Positions 52,680 to 64,000 of a DNA stretch of 64,000 bases are shown here, piece by piece. How positions within the stretch are numbered: position 1 is the stretch's first letter; each line of letters starts with the position of its first letter. The DNA is from Octopus sinensis (taxonomy: Eukaryota), in assembly GCF_006345805.1 (NCBI RefSeq), contig NC_043002.1, positions 103,850,001 through 103,914,000 on the forward strand, read 5' to 3'. The position numbers and the translations under genes are program-made. The notes under the pieces are model-generated. The model did no database searches. It had not been told where the DNA came from and worked only from the letters and a program-made list of their open reading frames with translations.

Positions 52680-52777
52680 CTTTATTTAAAGCAGCAGAAA
52701 ATTCAACAAAACCTGTTACTCTGAGTTTTTGAGTACTATTTTTTCCACCTTGTTTTACATTTCTATGTTTACTCCGG

Positions 52778-52814
<37 letters not shown>

Positions 52815-52872
52815 CAGTATTTTAATAGCCCAAGTGCTATGCCAAAGCGCGTGCAGTTGTATTATATCAACA

Positions 52873-53035
52873 GCGTAGGAGTGGCTGTGTGGTAAGTAGC
52901 TTCCTTACGAACCACATGGTTCTGGATTCAGTCCCACTGCGTGGCAACTTGGGCAACTGTCTACTATAGCCTCGAGCCGACCAAAGCCTTACGAGTGGAT
53001 TTGGAAGACTGAAACTGAAAGAAGCCTGTCGCATA
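52873..53035 (+). mobile_element. SINE family A, 5' half
   Basis: GCGTAGGAGTGGCTGTGTGGTAAGTAGC...ACTGAAAGAAGCCTGTCG, then (TA)n. Confidence 0.9.
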
Positions 53036-53047
53036 TATGTATGTATA

Positions 53048-53084
<37 letters not shown>

Positions 53085-53086
<2 letters not shown>

Positions 53087-53430
53087 CCAAGTATACTCAT
53101 TAATCTTTTAAAGAAATCCGTTGGAAACAGCTGTCATGAAGGGATGCGAATCCATCGTTTGTTATTTGTTTTTTTGTTCTTAATACACATCACTGGACTC
53201 CCGACCCGTTGGATATTCTGTGTTGTATCAAATAATCTACGACTAATACAACTGCACACGCTTTGGATTAGCCCTTGGGCTATTAAAATACTGATAAGGG
53301 CTGAATTCTCTGTATACATAACCCGAACTTTTCACTGAATGTACATCAGTACCCTTGATGTTTATTTGACTAAGGCTGCTATTTACAAGATAATGAAACC
53401 CAACCTAAAGCTTATAATTTAAGTACCTGA
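53085..53430 (+). mobile_element. Truncated relative of the 45360-45650 hammerhead-bearing element
   Basis: GAAACAGCTGTC at 53124; downstream TGTTGT..TCTACGA..ATAC..CTGC..ACACG and GCTG.ATT..ATAACC resemble 45420-45520 read on the minus strand. Confidence 0.45.
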
Positions 53431-54519
53431 GTCCTTTGATTAATTAACATTGTATGTATGTATGCATATGTGTGTGTGCGTCCGCGGGGGGGCAGTATCC
53501 ATACATATTATCACGGCATTTTGGCTCATAGTCACGCAATATGCCCATATTTACATATGTTGATCAAAACTTTGTTAATTGCGTACGTGTAGAAATCGAC
53601 ATAAGTGGTTTTCTGCTAGTTTTTCTTTGGTAAAATTAGTGTCGCTGAAACATTATACAAATTCAAACTCATGCGTACAAATACTCACGTAAGCATCAAG
53701 AATTATGTGTGTGATTTTCATTTTTGTTTGTTGAAATGACATCATCAACTATTAAGCCTAGTTAACCATCGGCTGACCAAATAACCTTATTTCCTTTGCC
53801 TTCCTTTAACTCTAAAAAACAAATCCAAGACCTGAAATTAAGAGATCTAAATAGAATTCTTTATCATTAAGTTTTCTACGATCGACTGAATTCTAAACAA
53901 TAATACAACTCTAAATTTAATCAATAAAATTTGTCTATAATATCTTGCCATCAGAACCTATACTTACAATATAATTACCTTTCAGCACAGATATAAACCT
54001 ACAAGAAATTACAGAAACACATGATAAGCTCTAAAGTACAATAGAACTACGAATCGTAAGCAGTCTCAAATATTGCAGTCAGTGTCCAAACATTTCTGGT
54101 AAAAGACATAAATATGTAGTCGACAAAAAAAGTATTGAGTATTAAGTTTAGTGTAAAATCATTTATATTACAAATCGATGTATAAACAAACATTCATATA
54201 AAATTCTATATACATATGTGTGTGTGTGCGTGATTGCATGTGTGCATGCACAAAGACAACACACTAACACACAAACGCTCACACGTATGTTTATATGTAT
54301 CTGTATGTATGTATGTATGTATGTATGTATGTATGTATGTATGTATGAATGCTTGTATGTATATGTGTGTGGGCGTCCATGCATGCCTGTATGCATTTAT
54401 GTCCGTATAAATTATTTCTAAGTTATATAATCTACGAAACCGGCTTTAAAGAATTTATTAACCTACCATCTAATACATTTTTAAGTATTGTTTCCAAATG
54501 CTACCATACAGTACATATG

Positions 54520-55300
54520 CTTTTACTCTTGAACTTGTATCAGACATTAGACTGCGGCCATGCTGGGACACTGCCGTTACAAATTTTAGTCGAATGAATC
54601 GACCCGGGTAACTTTATGATACCTGGTATCAGCCTCCTTTGACGCTACGTTGCTAAATAGATGTCTGTTTCACAACCACACCAATGCCACATGTCATTCG
54701 GTGGGGGCTGGCAAACACAATCGAAACCACGATCCTACGACCGCGAGTCCGCTGCCCTAACCACTGGGCCATTGCGCCTCCACACACACACACACACATA
54801 TATATATGTGTGTGTGTGTGTATGTGTGTGTGTGTGGCAGGCTTCTTTCAGTTTCCGTCTAATATATCTACTCCCATGTATATATGTATGTGTGCGTAGA
54901 GTGGTATGGTGTATGTCTGTGTCTGTGTGTGTCCGTGACTCCGAAGGGTTCCTTTCACATAATCAGCTCACAAACTTTGGTCGGCCCGAGCTATAGAAGA
55001 AGACGCTTACCCAAGGTGGAAAGCAGTGGAACTGAACCCGGAAATATGTTCTTGTGAAGCAAGCTTCTTACGCAGCAGCCACGTGATATACTTAAATTAT
55101 ATTCGTTTTCTATTATTCTGTCATTCTGTTATTTGTTTGAATCATTTGATTGTGGCCATGCTAGAGCACCAGCTTCAGCTGTACAAATCGACCCCACGAC
55201 AATTTCATCGGTCTGAATTGGAAGACTGCTAAATTATGCGGACGTAAACGTATCAACATCGGTTGTAGAGAGATAGAGATAGTGGGACAAACACGGACAC
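54520..55300 (-). mobile_element. Cluster of SINE A fragments with a SINE C head (54719-54783)
   Basis: SINE A 3' halves at ~54520-54718 and ~55125-55300, 5' half at ~54945-55082; SINE C head GGAGGCGCAATGGCCCAGTGGTTAGGGCAGCGGACTCGCGGTCGTAGGATCGTGGTTTCGA. Confidence 0.75.
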
Positions 55301-55355
55301 TAAAGCAAACACACATATTCATATATATACAAGTATATGTATTAATATATATGTA

Positions 55356-55662
55356 TATCACGTGATCACATGCCCGACCAGAACATTAGATGTTGTTACA
55401 CATCGCTGGTCATAATGCGTTTGCATTGTTTTAGACTTCGAATGACGCCACCCCGCTGGCTAATCGAGCAGGCCGACAGAAGAAAGAGTGAGAGAAAGAG
55501 TGGTGAAAGAGTAAAGCAGGGATCACCTACCCCTGCCGAATCCTCGTGGAGCTTTTAGGTGGTTTCGCTCAATAAACACACACAACGCCCGGTCTGAGAA
55601 TCAAAACCGCGATCCTACGACAGCGAGTCCACTGCCCAACCACTGGGCTATTGCGCCTCCAC
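55356..55662 (-). mobile_element. SINE family C (tRNA-derived), full length
   Basis: tRNA-like head GGAGGCGCAATAGCCCAGTGGTTGGGCAGTGGACTCGC...GGTTTTGATTC, unique body, tail GTGATCACGTGATA. Confidence 0.85.
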
Positions 55663-55704
55663 ACATGCATATATGTACAGATATATACATATATATCTAC
55701 ATAT

Positions 55705-55747
<43 letters not shown>

Positions 55748-55813
55748 CAGAGATAGATACATAGAGAGAGAGAGAAATATACGTGTACACAACACACACA
55801 CACACATATATAT

Positions 55814-55871
<58 letters not shown>

Positions 55872-55874
55872 TGA

Positions 55875-56020
55875 CAGGCTTCTTTCAGTTTCCGTCTACC
55901 AAATCTACTCCTACGGCTCTAGTCGGCCCGAGGCTATGGTTGTAGACACTTACTTAAGGTGCCATGCAGTGGGACTTAACACGGAACCATCTGGTGAAGA
56001 AGCAAGCTTCTTACCACCAT
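55875..56020 (-). mobile_element. SINE family A, 5' half
   Basis: CAGGCTTCTTTCAGTTTCCGTCTACCAAATC...GTGCCATGCAGTGGGAC. Confidence 0.85.
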
Positions 56021-56128
56021 TCGCTGCTCCCAATTCTCGAGTTAAAATATTAGATTGTACTTCCATTTCCTACCATACTGTATTTACACATATGGACAGA
56101 CAACCACATATATGCATGTATGTATATT

Positions 56129-56210
<82 letters not shown>

Positions 56211-56222
56211 CATACATACATA

Positions 56223-56253
<31 letters not shown>

Positions 56254-56469
56254 AAAACCCATATATATAGACGCAGATATATAACACATAATATACACAC
56301 ACATATATACAAATAGACATATACACACACATATATATATATACATATTTATATACACAGCACATGTATATATGTACAGATATATACATATATATATATA
56401 TATAGAGAGAGAGAGATAGACAGACAGACAGACAGACAGACAAATAGATAGATAGATAGATAGATAGAG

Positions 56470-56511
<42 letters not shown>

Positions 56512-56839
56512 TTAGATAGATAGATAGATAGAGAGAGAGAAATATACGTGTACACATACATGCATGCATACATACATACGTACATAACCTATAATTACAC
56601 TTTCGTTCATCTAATACAATTTTCTTAAGTGCAACGTTTAACATTGCATTATTTAGTTATCAGGGAAAAGATTAATATGAATATAATTACACTAATAAAG
56701 AGGACTTTATATATTATTTTTCATGTTCAATGTAAGAAATATATTCACTGTGGTGTTTCAACGACACTCCTCTTATAATTGAGAGTATAATTAAAATGTT
56801 AATTTCATGCGTTTTATTGACAATATACATGTATATATA

Positions 56840-56882
<43 letters not shown>

Positions 56883-56945
56883 ATATATAAATATATATAT
56901 ATTACATGTATATAGGGTGTGTGGGTGTGTGCGTGTGTGTGGGTT

Positions 56946-57208
56946 AAGGCGCGTAGCTAAGTAGGGCATTCGGCTCGCGATTTTGAGGCCGTGAGTACAA
57001 ATCTTGGTGACGCATTTTGTCCTTGAGCAAGACACTTTTTTCACGTTGGTTCAGTCCAATCAGCTGGCAAAAATGAGTAGTACTTTTATTTCAAAGGACC
57101 AGCGTTTTCGCACCCGGTGTCACGCTGAATCTCCCAGAGTACTACATTAAGTTACATGTGTCTGTGGAGTACTCAGCCACTTACAAGCTGCTCCGTTCAG
57201 CGTATCAG
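56946..57208 (+). mobile_element. SINE family B
   Basis: Homologous to 1965-2250 (CCTTGAGCAAGACACTTT, CAGCTGGCAAAAATGAGT, CACGCTGAATCTCCC, GTGTCTGTGGAGT). Confidence 0.8.
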
Positions 57209-57938
57209 ATGTTTTTTGCTGTAAAAAGCATTGCAAGTAAAATTTTATATCTTAGAGTAGCAATCATTTATGAGCTGCAATGCTTTTTATAAGAGAATCA
57301 AGTGTAAGGCAATCGAAATGCGTACAAAATGGCTCCGCCTTGACGAATTTAATTAAAAAAAACTCGATGCCAATATGGTTTTCAAAGCTTCGTACTTATT
57401 TCAACGATTCTTTTGCCAAACGGTTGTGTACGGAGACAAACAGACACAAAGACGGAAGGCATACACTCACCCACCCACATAAAACAAACACACAAACACA
57501 GAAACTCTTACACACGTGCATGCATATATAAACACGACGGGCATCAGTTTTCGTATAACGGATCTAATCACAAATATATGGCCATTCGAAAACTATATAG
57601 TACAACAAAATTGCACAAGGTATCACACGGTAGGACTGAACTGGGATCTATTTGGTTGGGAAGCAAGCACCTTAGTACACAGTCACATTCTCTTGCACAT
57701 CAATTCTATTATTAAATATATGATATAATGCAAAATTACGGTATATATATATGCATATATATACTTATATATACATGTAGATATATATATATATATAAAT
57801 ATATAAAAATACATATATATATGTATGTTTTATATGTATGTATATATATATATATATGTATATATGTAGGTATTTATATGTATATTTATATATTATATAT
57901 ACATATATGTTTATATGTTTATACACACACACATATGT

Positions 57939-58011
<73 letters not shown>

Positions 58012-58869
58012 ATATATACAGTGTCCTGTTCCGACGTGGTACGTGATACCTCCTCATCAATAATTTATAACTAAAGTCAAGGGTGCCTAAATTTCGAACT
58101 TACTGACATCCCCTTCTAAACGCTTCACTCATATGTACAGCTTAATGTGATTTTGTTTTTATCATCGACTTAAAAACAAACATTACTACATACATACTCT
58201 CACCCACTCATGTATAAGCATTTGTGAATATGTAGATAGGAATGCATATATATATATGTATGTATATATAGATATATATGTATGTATATATATTATATAT
58301 ATAGATATATATATATATATATATATACACACTCATATATGCATATTCATTAAACATCTCAATTTTACGACGTTGTGAAAAGTCATTACCGACTTCATTA
58401 TAAAGTATTATTCTCATAAACTTATTAAGTTTCTTTATATATAATATTGCTCAATTAACATAACTAATACGACTAAATGAATAATTTATCAAATTTTCTC
58501 TTAAAATAAATGTCTATAATTATACATCTCTAAATCAGAAAGTGCAAATTTTACATACATACGATTCTTAGCTATAGTTTATCCAAAATTTTGAGTAAGA
58601 AGATCTCGGAGATAAACTACACAGAAGGAAAACATTTCAGCGTGTGCAAAATATATCGGATATATCATGATTACGAAATTTCCCCATTGCAATAGCCTAG
58701 GCTATATATATATATATATATCACTTACCCAAAGAGTCATGCAGTGGGACTGAGCCCGAAACCATGTGGCTGTGAAGCAAGCTACTAACTATAGCGCCAC
58801 GTCTCTCTCTTTCTCTTTCTCTCTCGCTATGTCTACATACATACATGCATACATACATACATATATATG

Positions 58870-59072
58870 TTGATCGTTAGCTACTGCACGCATTTTTTTC
58901 TCTCCTTCTTTCTGTGTTTTTCTCTCTCTGTGTATCTTTCTGTTGAAGAGCGTAGGCCTCGAAACGTTAAAGACTTGTTTTATTTATTTTCCTGAGCGCC
59001 ATACTAATACAATGTTCGTTTGTTTTCCACCTGCCTTCGTCTTTTGTTTATTTTCATAAAGCTTCCGTTACA
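58870..59072 (+). mobile_element. PLE terminal fragment (family E) with hammerhead-like motif at 58935-58973
   Basis: Near-exact reverse complement of 27101-27300: TCTTTCTGTTGAAGAGCGTAGGCCTCGAAACGTTAAAGA...CCTGAGCGCCATACTAATACAA...AAGCTTCCGTTA, then (TA)n. Confidence 0.88.
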
Positions 59073-59606
59073 TATTATATATATATATATATATGCATGT
59101 ATCTACGTAAATATACTTCTACACATGTCTGTTTTAATAGGGTCTCATAAGGCCATCATTTGTACGTATATATTTTGCATGTAACCAACTAACGTCGTTT
59201 GACTTTATGTCTTGTCTTAATCTGTTGACGTTCATCATTTGTTTGTTTTGTCACCTTGCTCTGTCTTCGCTCATTTATTCTCAATCTTTTTTGCTTTTGT
59301 CGCCACCAAAATGACCAATCACATCGTAAAGGCGTGAAATTGCTATGATTTTTGTGCGATAATTGATGAGGAAAGTGCATGTCCACGTCTTTTATGTGAA
59401 TTTTCCGTGTTTCTTGCCCTTCTATGTATTTTTGATATATATATATACCTATAGATGCATATACACACGCACACATTCATACATCCGAAGCACTATATCC
59501 GTACACAACTTCCTACACGAATGCATACCCACGCACACACACACACACGCACACGCACACGCATACACACATATACACACATACATGCAGAGATAGATTT
59601 ATAGAT

Positions 59607-59681
<75 letters not shown>

Positions 59682-60508
59682 TAGATAGAGCGAAAAGTTG
59701 AATGATTGATGAAGAGGTATGTATGCAGATATGCAGATAGTTAGGTAGGTAGGTAGGTAGGTATCTAGGTAGGTATGTAGGTAGGTAGGTAGGGAGGGAG
59801 GGAGGGAGTGAGGGATGAAAGTAGGTAGGTAGAGATATAGATAGATATAAAGTGTATGAGATGATAGTAAACACTTGGAAGGTGCGCCATCTATCGGTGA
59901 GTGCAAGAACAGTAAAAACATTCGTTAGTAAATTGCATCTTGAAATACTTTCAAATACCAATTAGCAAAGATCATTGCGCCATCAAAGAGACGCCGACAA
60001 GCAGGGTCGTTGATATTCCAAATTTAGCTGCAACATTTATCGCTAATGCTTTTGTAACAAACATCACAAACATATCAATAGACATCCCAGGTAGCAAAGA
60101 TCATAAGGTAGCGAAAGATATAGGAGAGAGAGAGAGAGAGAGAGAGAGGAGGGGGGGAGTGAGGGGAATAGGCAGAGAGATAAGGAGATTCTCAGTATAT
60201 TCATGTGGGTTGTTGTTGTTGTTGTTGTTGTTGTTTGTTGTGTGGTGTGTGAAGGGGGAGGACTAAGAGAGGAAATATTTATGTGTTAAATAAACATTGA
60301 AGCGAATTGAGGAATGCGTACGAGGAGTCAAATAAACACAGCGTCCGTGAACTCACACATGAATTCATACAAACCACGCAACGTACACACACACACACAC
60401 ACACACACCACACACACAGACACAATCTATATATATATATATATATACATATATACGTACATACAAGCAAGTATATGTATGTACAAATATATATGTATAT
60501 ATATATAT

Positions 60509-60680
60509 AGGCGCAGGAGTGGCTGTGTGGTAAGTAGCTTGCTTACCTGCCACATGGTTCCGGTTTCAGTCCCACTGCGTGGCACCTTGGGCAGGTGTCT
60601 TCTACTGTAACCTCGGGCCGACCAAAGCCTTGTGAATGGATTTGGTAGACGGAAACTGAAAGAAGCCCGTCGTATATATG

Positions 60681-60713
<33 letters not shown>

Positions 60714-60959
60714 CCGTGTGTCTGTGTGTGTGTGTGTGCGTGTACGTTTATGTGTCTGTATTTGTCCCCCTAGCATTGCTTGACAACCGATGCTGGTGTG
60801 TTTATGTCCCCGTCACTTAGCGGTTCGGCAAAATTGACCGATAGAATAAGTACTGGGCTTTCAAAGAATAAGTCCCGGGGTCGAGTTGCTCGATTAAAGG
60901 CGGTGATCCAGCATGAAGACAGCCAAATGACTGAAACAAGTAAAAGAGTAAAAGAGTAT
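60509..60959 (+). mobile_element. SINE family A, full length
   Basis: AGGCGCAGGAGTGGCTGTGTGG head, internal TA/TG tract, (GTAAAAGA)n tail. Confidence 0.95.
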
Positions 60960-61287
60960 ATATGTGTGTGTGCATGATTGTGTGTGCGTGTGTGTGTGTG
61001 CGTGTATAAGAATAAATATGTACCCATACGTATATATATGTATACATCTATATGTATGTAGATACAAAAAGTCATATATTAAGTCGGATGAACATGGAAT
61101 TAATATTCTGTAGAATTAATTAAATATTAGGAAAATCGCTGAATCGACTTTATGCGTAAGTCTTATGGGCACTACACACACCCTCAAGCACACCGAAATA
61201 TACATATTTATAGTTATATGTATATAAATATACATATATGTGTGTGTCTTGTGTCAGTAGTCATATATGTGGTCCATATTTGTAAGT

Positions 61288-61325
<38 letters not shown>

Positions 61326-62002
61326 AGTATATATATATATATTATATTATATGTAAGTTATAATATATATTATATATATACATATATACATATATATATG
61401 TCTATGTATATATATATATATATACACACACACAGAAACCCACAGACTCAGATGAATGATCTTATGTATGCCTTAATGTATGGTTGTACATATGCGTGTT
61501 TGTATATGCGTTTGTGTGTATGTGTGTGTATATGTGCGTGTGTGTGTATATGTGGATGGGAAGATGAGAATAGAGTGCTCAATACAGATATCGAGTTTAG
61601 TTTGTAACACGAGATGGAAGCACGTATTAACACGCACTAAGACTCGCGCACGCATGCGCGCGCATACACATCACACGCACATGAACGCACACACACACAC
61701 ATACATACACATACACATACACACATACAGAAGCAAACTTTCTTGGATCCAAGTTCAAAATCTCTTCCGATATTCAGTTTGTCTATATTGAGTATGCCTT
61801 GTTATCACGTGATATTTTTAACTCGATTAACACGGGATTAGCTTCTTTTAGTTCTTATTTAGATAATCTTTGAACGTGTTTCACATTTATTCTGAGCAAT
61901 GAAGTCGTAGTTCATATATGCCTATATATATATATATGTATATACATACATACATACATACATATATACATACACATACATACAAACATACATGTATGTA
62001 TA

Positions 62003-62040
<38 letters not shown>

Positions 62041-63019
62041 TATATAATATCTGAAAAAGTGCATGGTAAATAAACATGAGACATAATGTATACTGAGTGT
62101 AAAACTAGACTGGAATCTTAGGTCCCTAATCTTTAATCAGCTTCGGAAGTGGCGCCGCCCGCAAAAATAATTCTTTTTACGGAGAATTCAGGGCCGACAG
62201 CCAAAAATAAAAAAAAAGTGAGAGAGAGCATCAAAATGGTGCGTATATATGTTTGCCTTTATGTGTGTACTGTTGCTCTCTTCTGCTATTAATTATTTGA
62301 ATTCTTTCTCTGAAGCAGAACCGGTTTCTAAGTAAAGAAATTTAAAGCTCCTTCATTGGAATGTAAATAACAAAACCAATGTCCCCTTTTAAACTTGAGA
62401 GGAATGTCTTGCATATTTTATTGTTCCGCTTGCGGATTCTATTTGTAACGTGCAATTTGGTTTATTTCTTTCTCTAAATACCCTGGCTTATCCACGTTGT
62501 CACTTAGACATTTCTCACATATCTATGTATTTATGTATGTATGTGTGTTCGTGCATACGTACATACGTATGTATGAATGCATGAATGTATTTGCTCGAAT
62601 CTATTATTTTACTCTGAGTGTTATTTAGGTTCTTCTTAAAAGAATTGAAGACGATGGCAAATAAAACGATTAGACATTTTGGGTTAAGAGAGATTTCTCG
62701 GTATTTGTAAATATGTGACTGCGGTGTTGTTGGTTGAGCTTTCGGTGTATACACCGGAGTGCGTGCATTTTCTCACCTGATGGAGTATCTTTGAAATGTT
62801 TACAAATGTTGAATCTGCCAGTAATTGCATTTGAAGAATCGGCGTCATTTTCTTTTACTCTTTCGTCGAAAGACCTAGTATTTCTGAGATTTTGTGTAAA
62901 TTTCTTATTACATAATTTAATGCACCTCTCCCGATAGGTACAAATGAGGATTCATAGTCAGGGTACAAGAGGTGTAATATCCCGGATTAATTCGCCATAA
63001 ATGTTCTCTTTTTTTATGT

Positions 63020-63320
63020 ATGTCATTATTCAGTTTATTTCAAAATTGCTTGCCAATAGAGAAAGAATAGTTTTCTAGCCTACATCCAAGGCGCCTTCAT
63101 TGGAATATTAACATCAACAACATTGTATTTTGTATGTATGTTTTATAAACGTACTCTCAGACAAATAGTTACATATCTAGACATACCCGTATGTAAAGGA
63201 TAAACGTCTGGAAAGTTTTACATATTTTTAGAGTTACAGTGATGGATCGGATCTATAGACTTCGAATTAAACTTTCTCCTTTCTGGTTTTGAGAAGGTCA
63301 ATTTCTCAAGATTAGTAATG
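63020..63320. repeat. Unclassified dispersed repeat; partial second copy at 62300-62375
   Basis: AGAA...GTTT(T)CTA...AAG.C.CCTTCATTGGAAT shared between 63064-63107 and 62317-62362. Confidence 0.45.
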
Positions 63321-63346
63321 CGTGCGTTGTGTAGGTATGTATGTAT

Positions 63347-63438
<92 letters not shown>

Positions 63439-63450
63439 GATATTATATAT

Positions 63451-63496
<46 letters not shown>

Positions 63497-64000
63497 ATAT
63501 ATATATTATATATATTATTATAGGTGTGTTGTGTGTGTGTGGTGTATGTATGTCTGTATGTATATATGGAATCTCTGTAAATGCGTTTATGGTGGCTGTG
63601 AGTATGCATGTGTGCGTGTGTATGTATGTGCATGTATGCATGTATGGATGAATGTATGCACATTTGATATACAGAATTCAAGAATATAATATTTCACCGT
63701 AAATGAAACTCGACATGACAGTCTAAACACTTAAAGTCCGTGCCCTTACAATGTGACAGTACTAAAAGTAACGTTTATAAATATAGTTCCTTAGATTTTT
63801 GCATATATTCTCTATTCAAAACTTTATTGACCAACTTATGCATTTGTAAAACCATGATTTGGATGGGGAACACTAGTCCAAGATAATTCCGTATGGGTTT
63901 TTACCAAGAAACAAGCGACTTCGAAGGAAAGTTCTTAGAAGCACATTCCTGTTTTTTGCAAACGAGGGCGACTTTTTCAGTTGTACGAAATATGCTGTAA

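Noticed and set aside
54719-54783. Possible tRNA gene
   Set aside because: Matches the head of SINE C (55590-55662) and lacks the 3' acceptor strand

Overview
This is AT-rich, microsatellite-dense eukaryotic DNA, very probably from an octopus (coleoid cephalopod). The assignment rests on recalled similarity of its SINE families and was not checked against a database. No intact protein-coding gene can be recognised, and almost all long ORFs in the track are artefacts of (TA)n, (GATA)n, (CATA)n, (CA)n and (GGT)n repeats. The window holds at least four SINE families (about 25-30 copies). It also holds two decayed R4/Dong-type LINEs, CR1 and RTE LINE 3' fragments, a Tc1 DD34E fossil, a second Tc1/mariner-superfamily fossil, a Tigger-like end and a Neptune-type Penelope-like element (PLE) with a GIY-YIG remnant. 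The most striking signal is about nine type I hammerhead-ribozyme-like folds plus truncated remnants, from five or six unrelated short PLE-terminus families, nearly all ending at (TA)n tracts. One has a canonical core (45150-45212); others carry core variants, including CUGU(U/A)GAA in four copies and CCGACGA in one. A few candidate exons and regulatory sites (a TATA/MEF2 promoter-like site, a convergent CTCF-like pair, a nuclear-receptor site cluster) are reported at low confidence.
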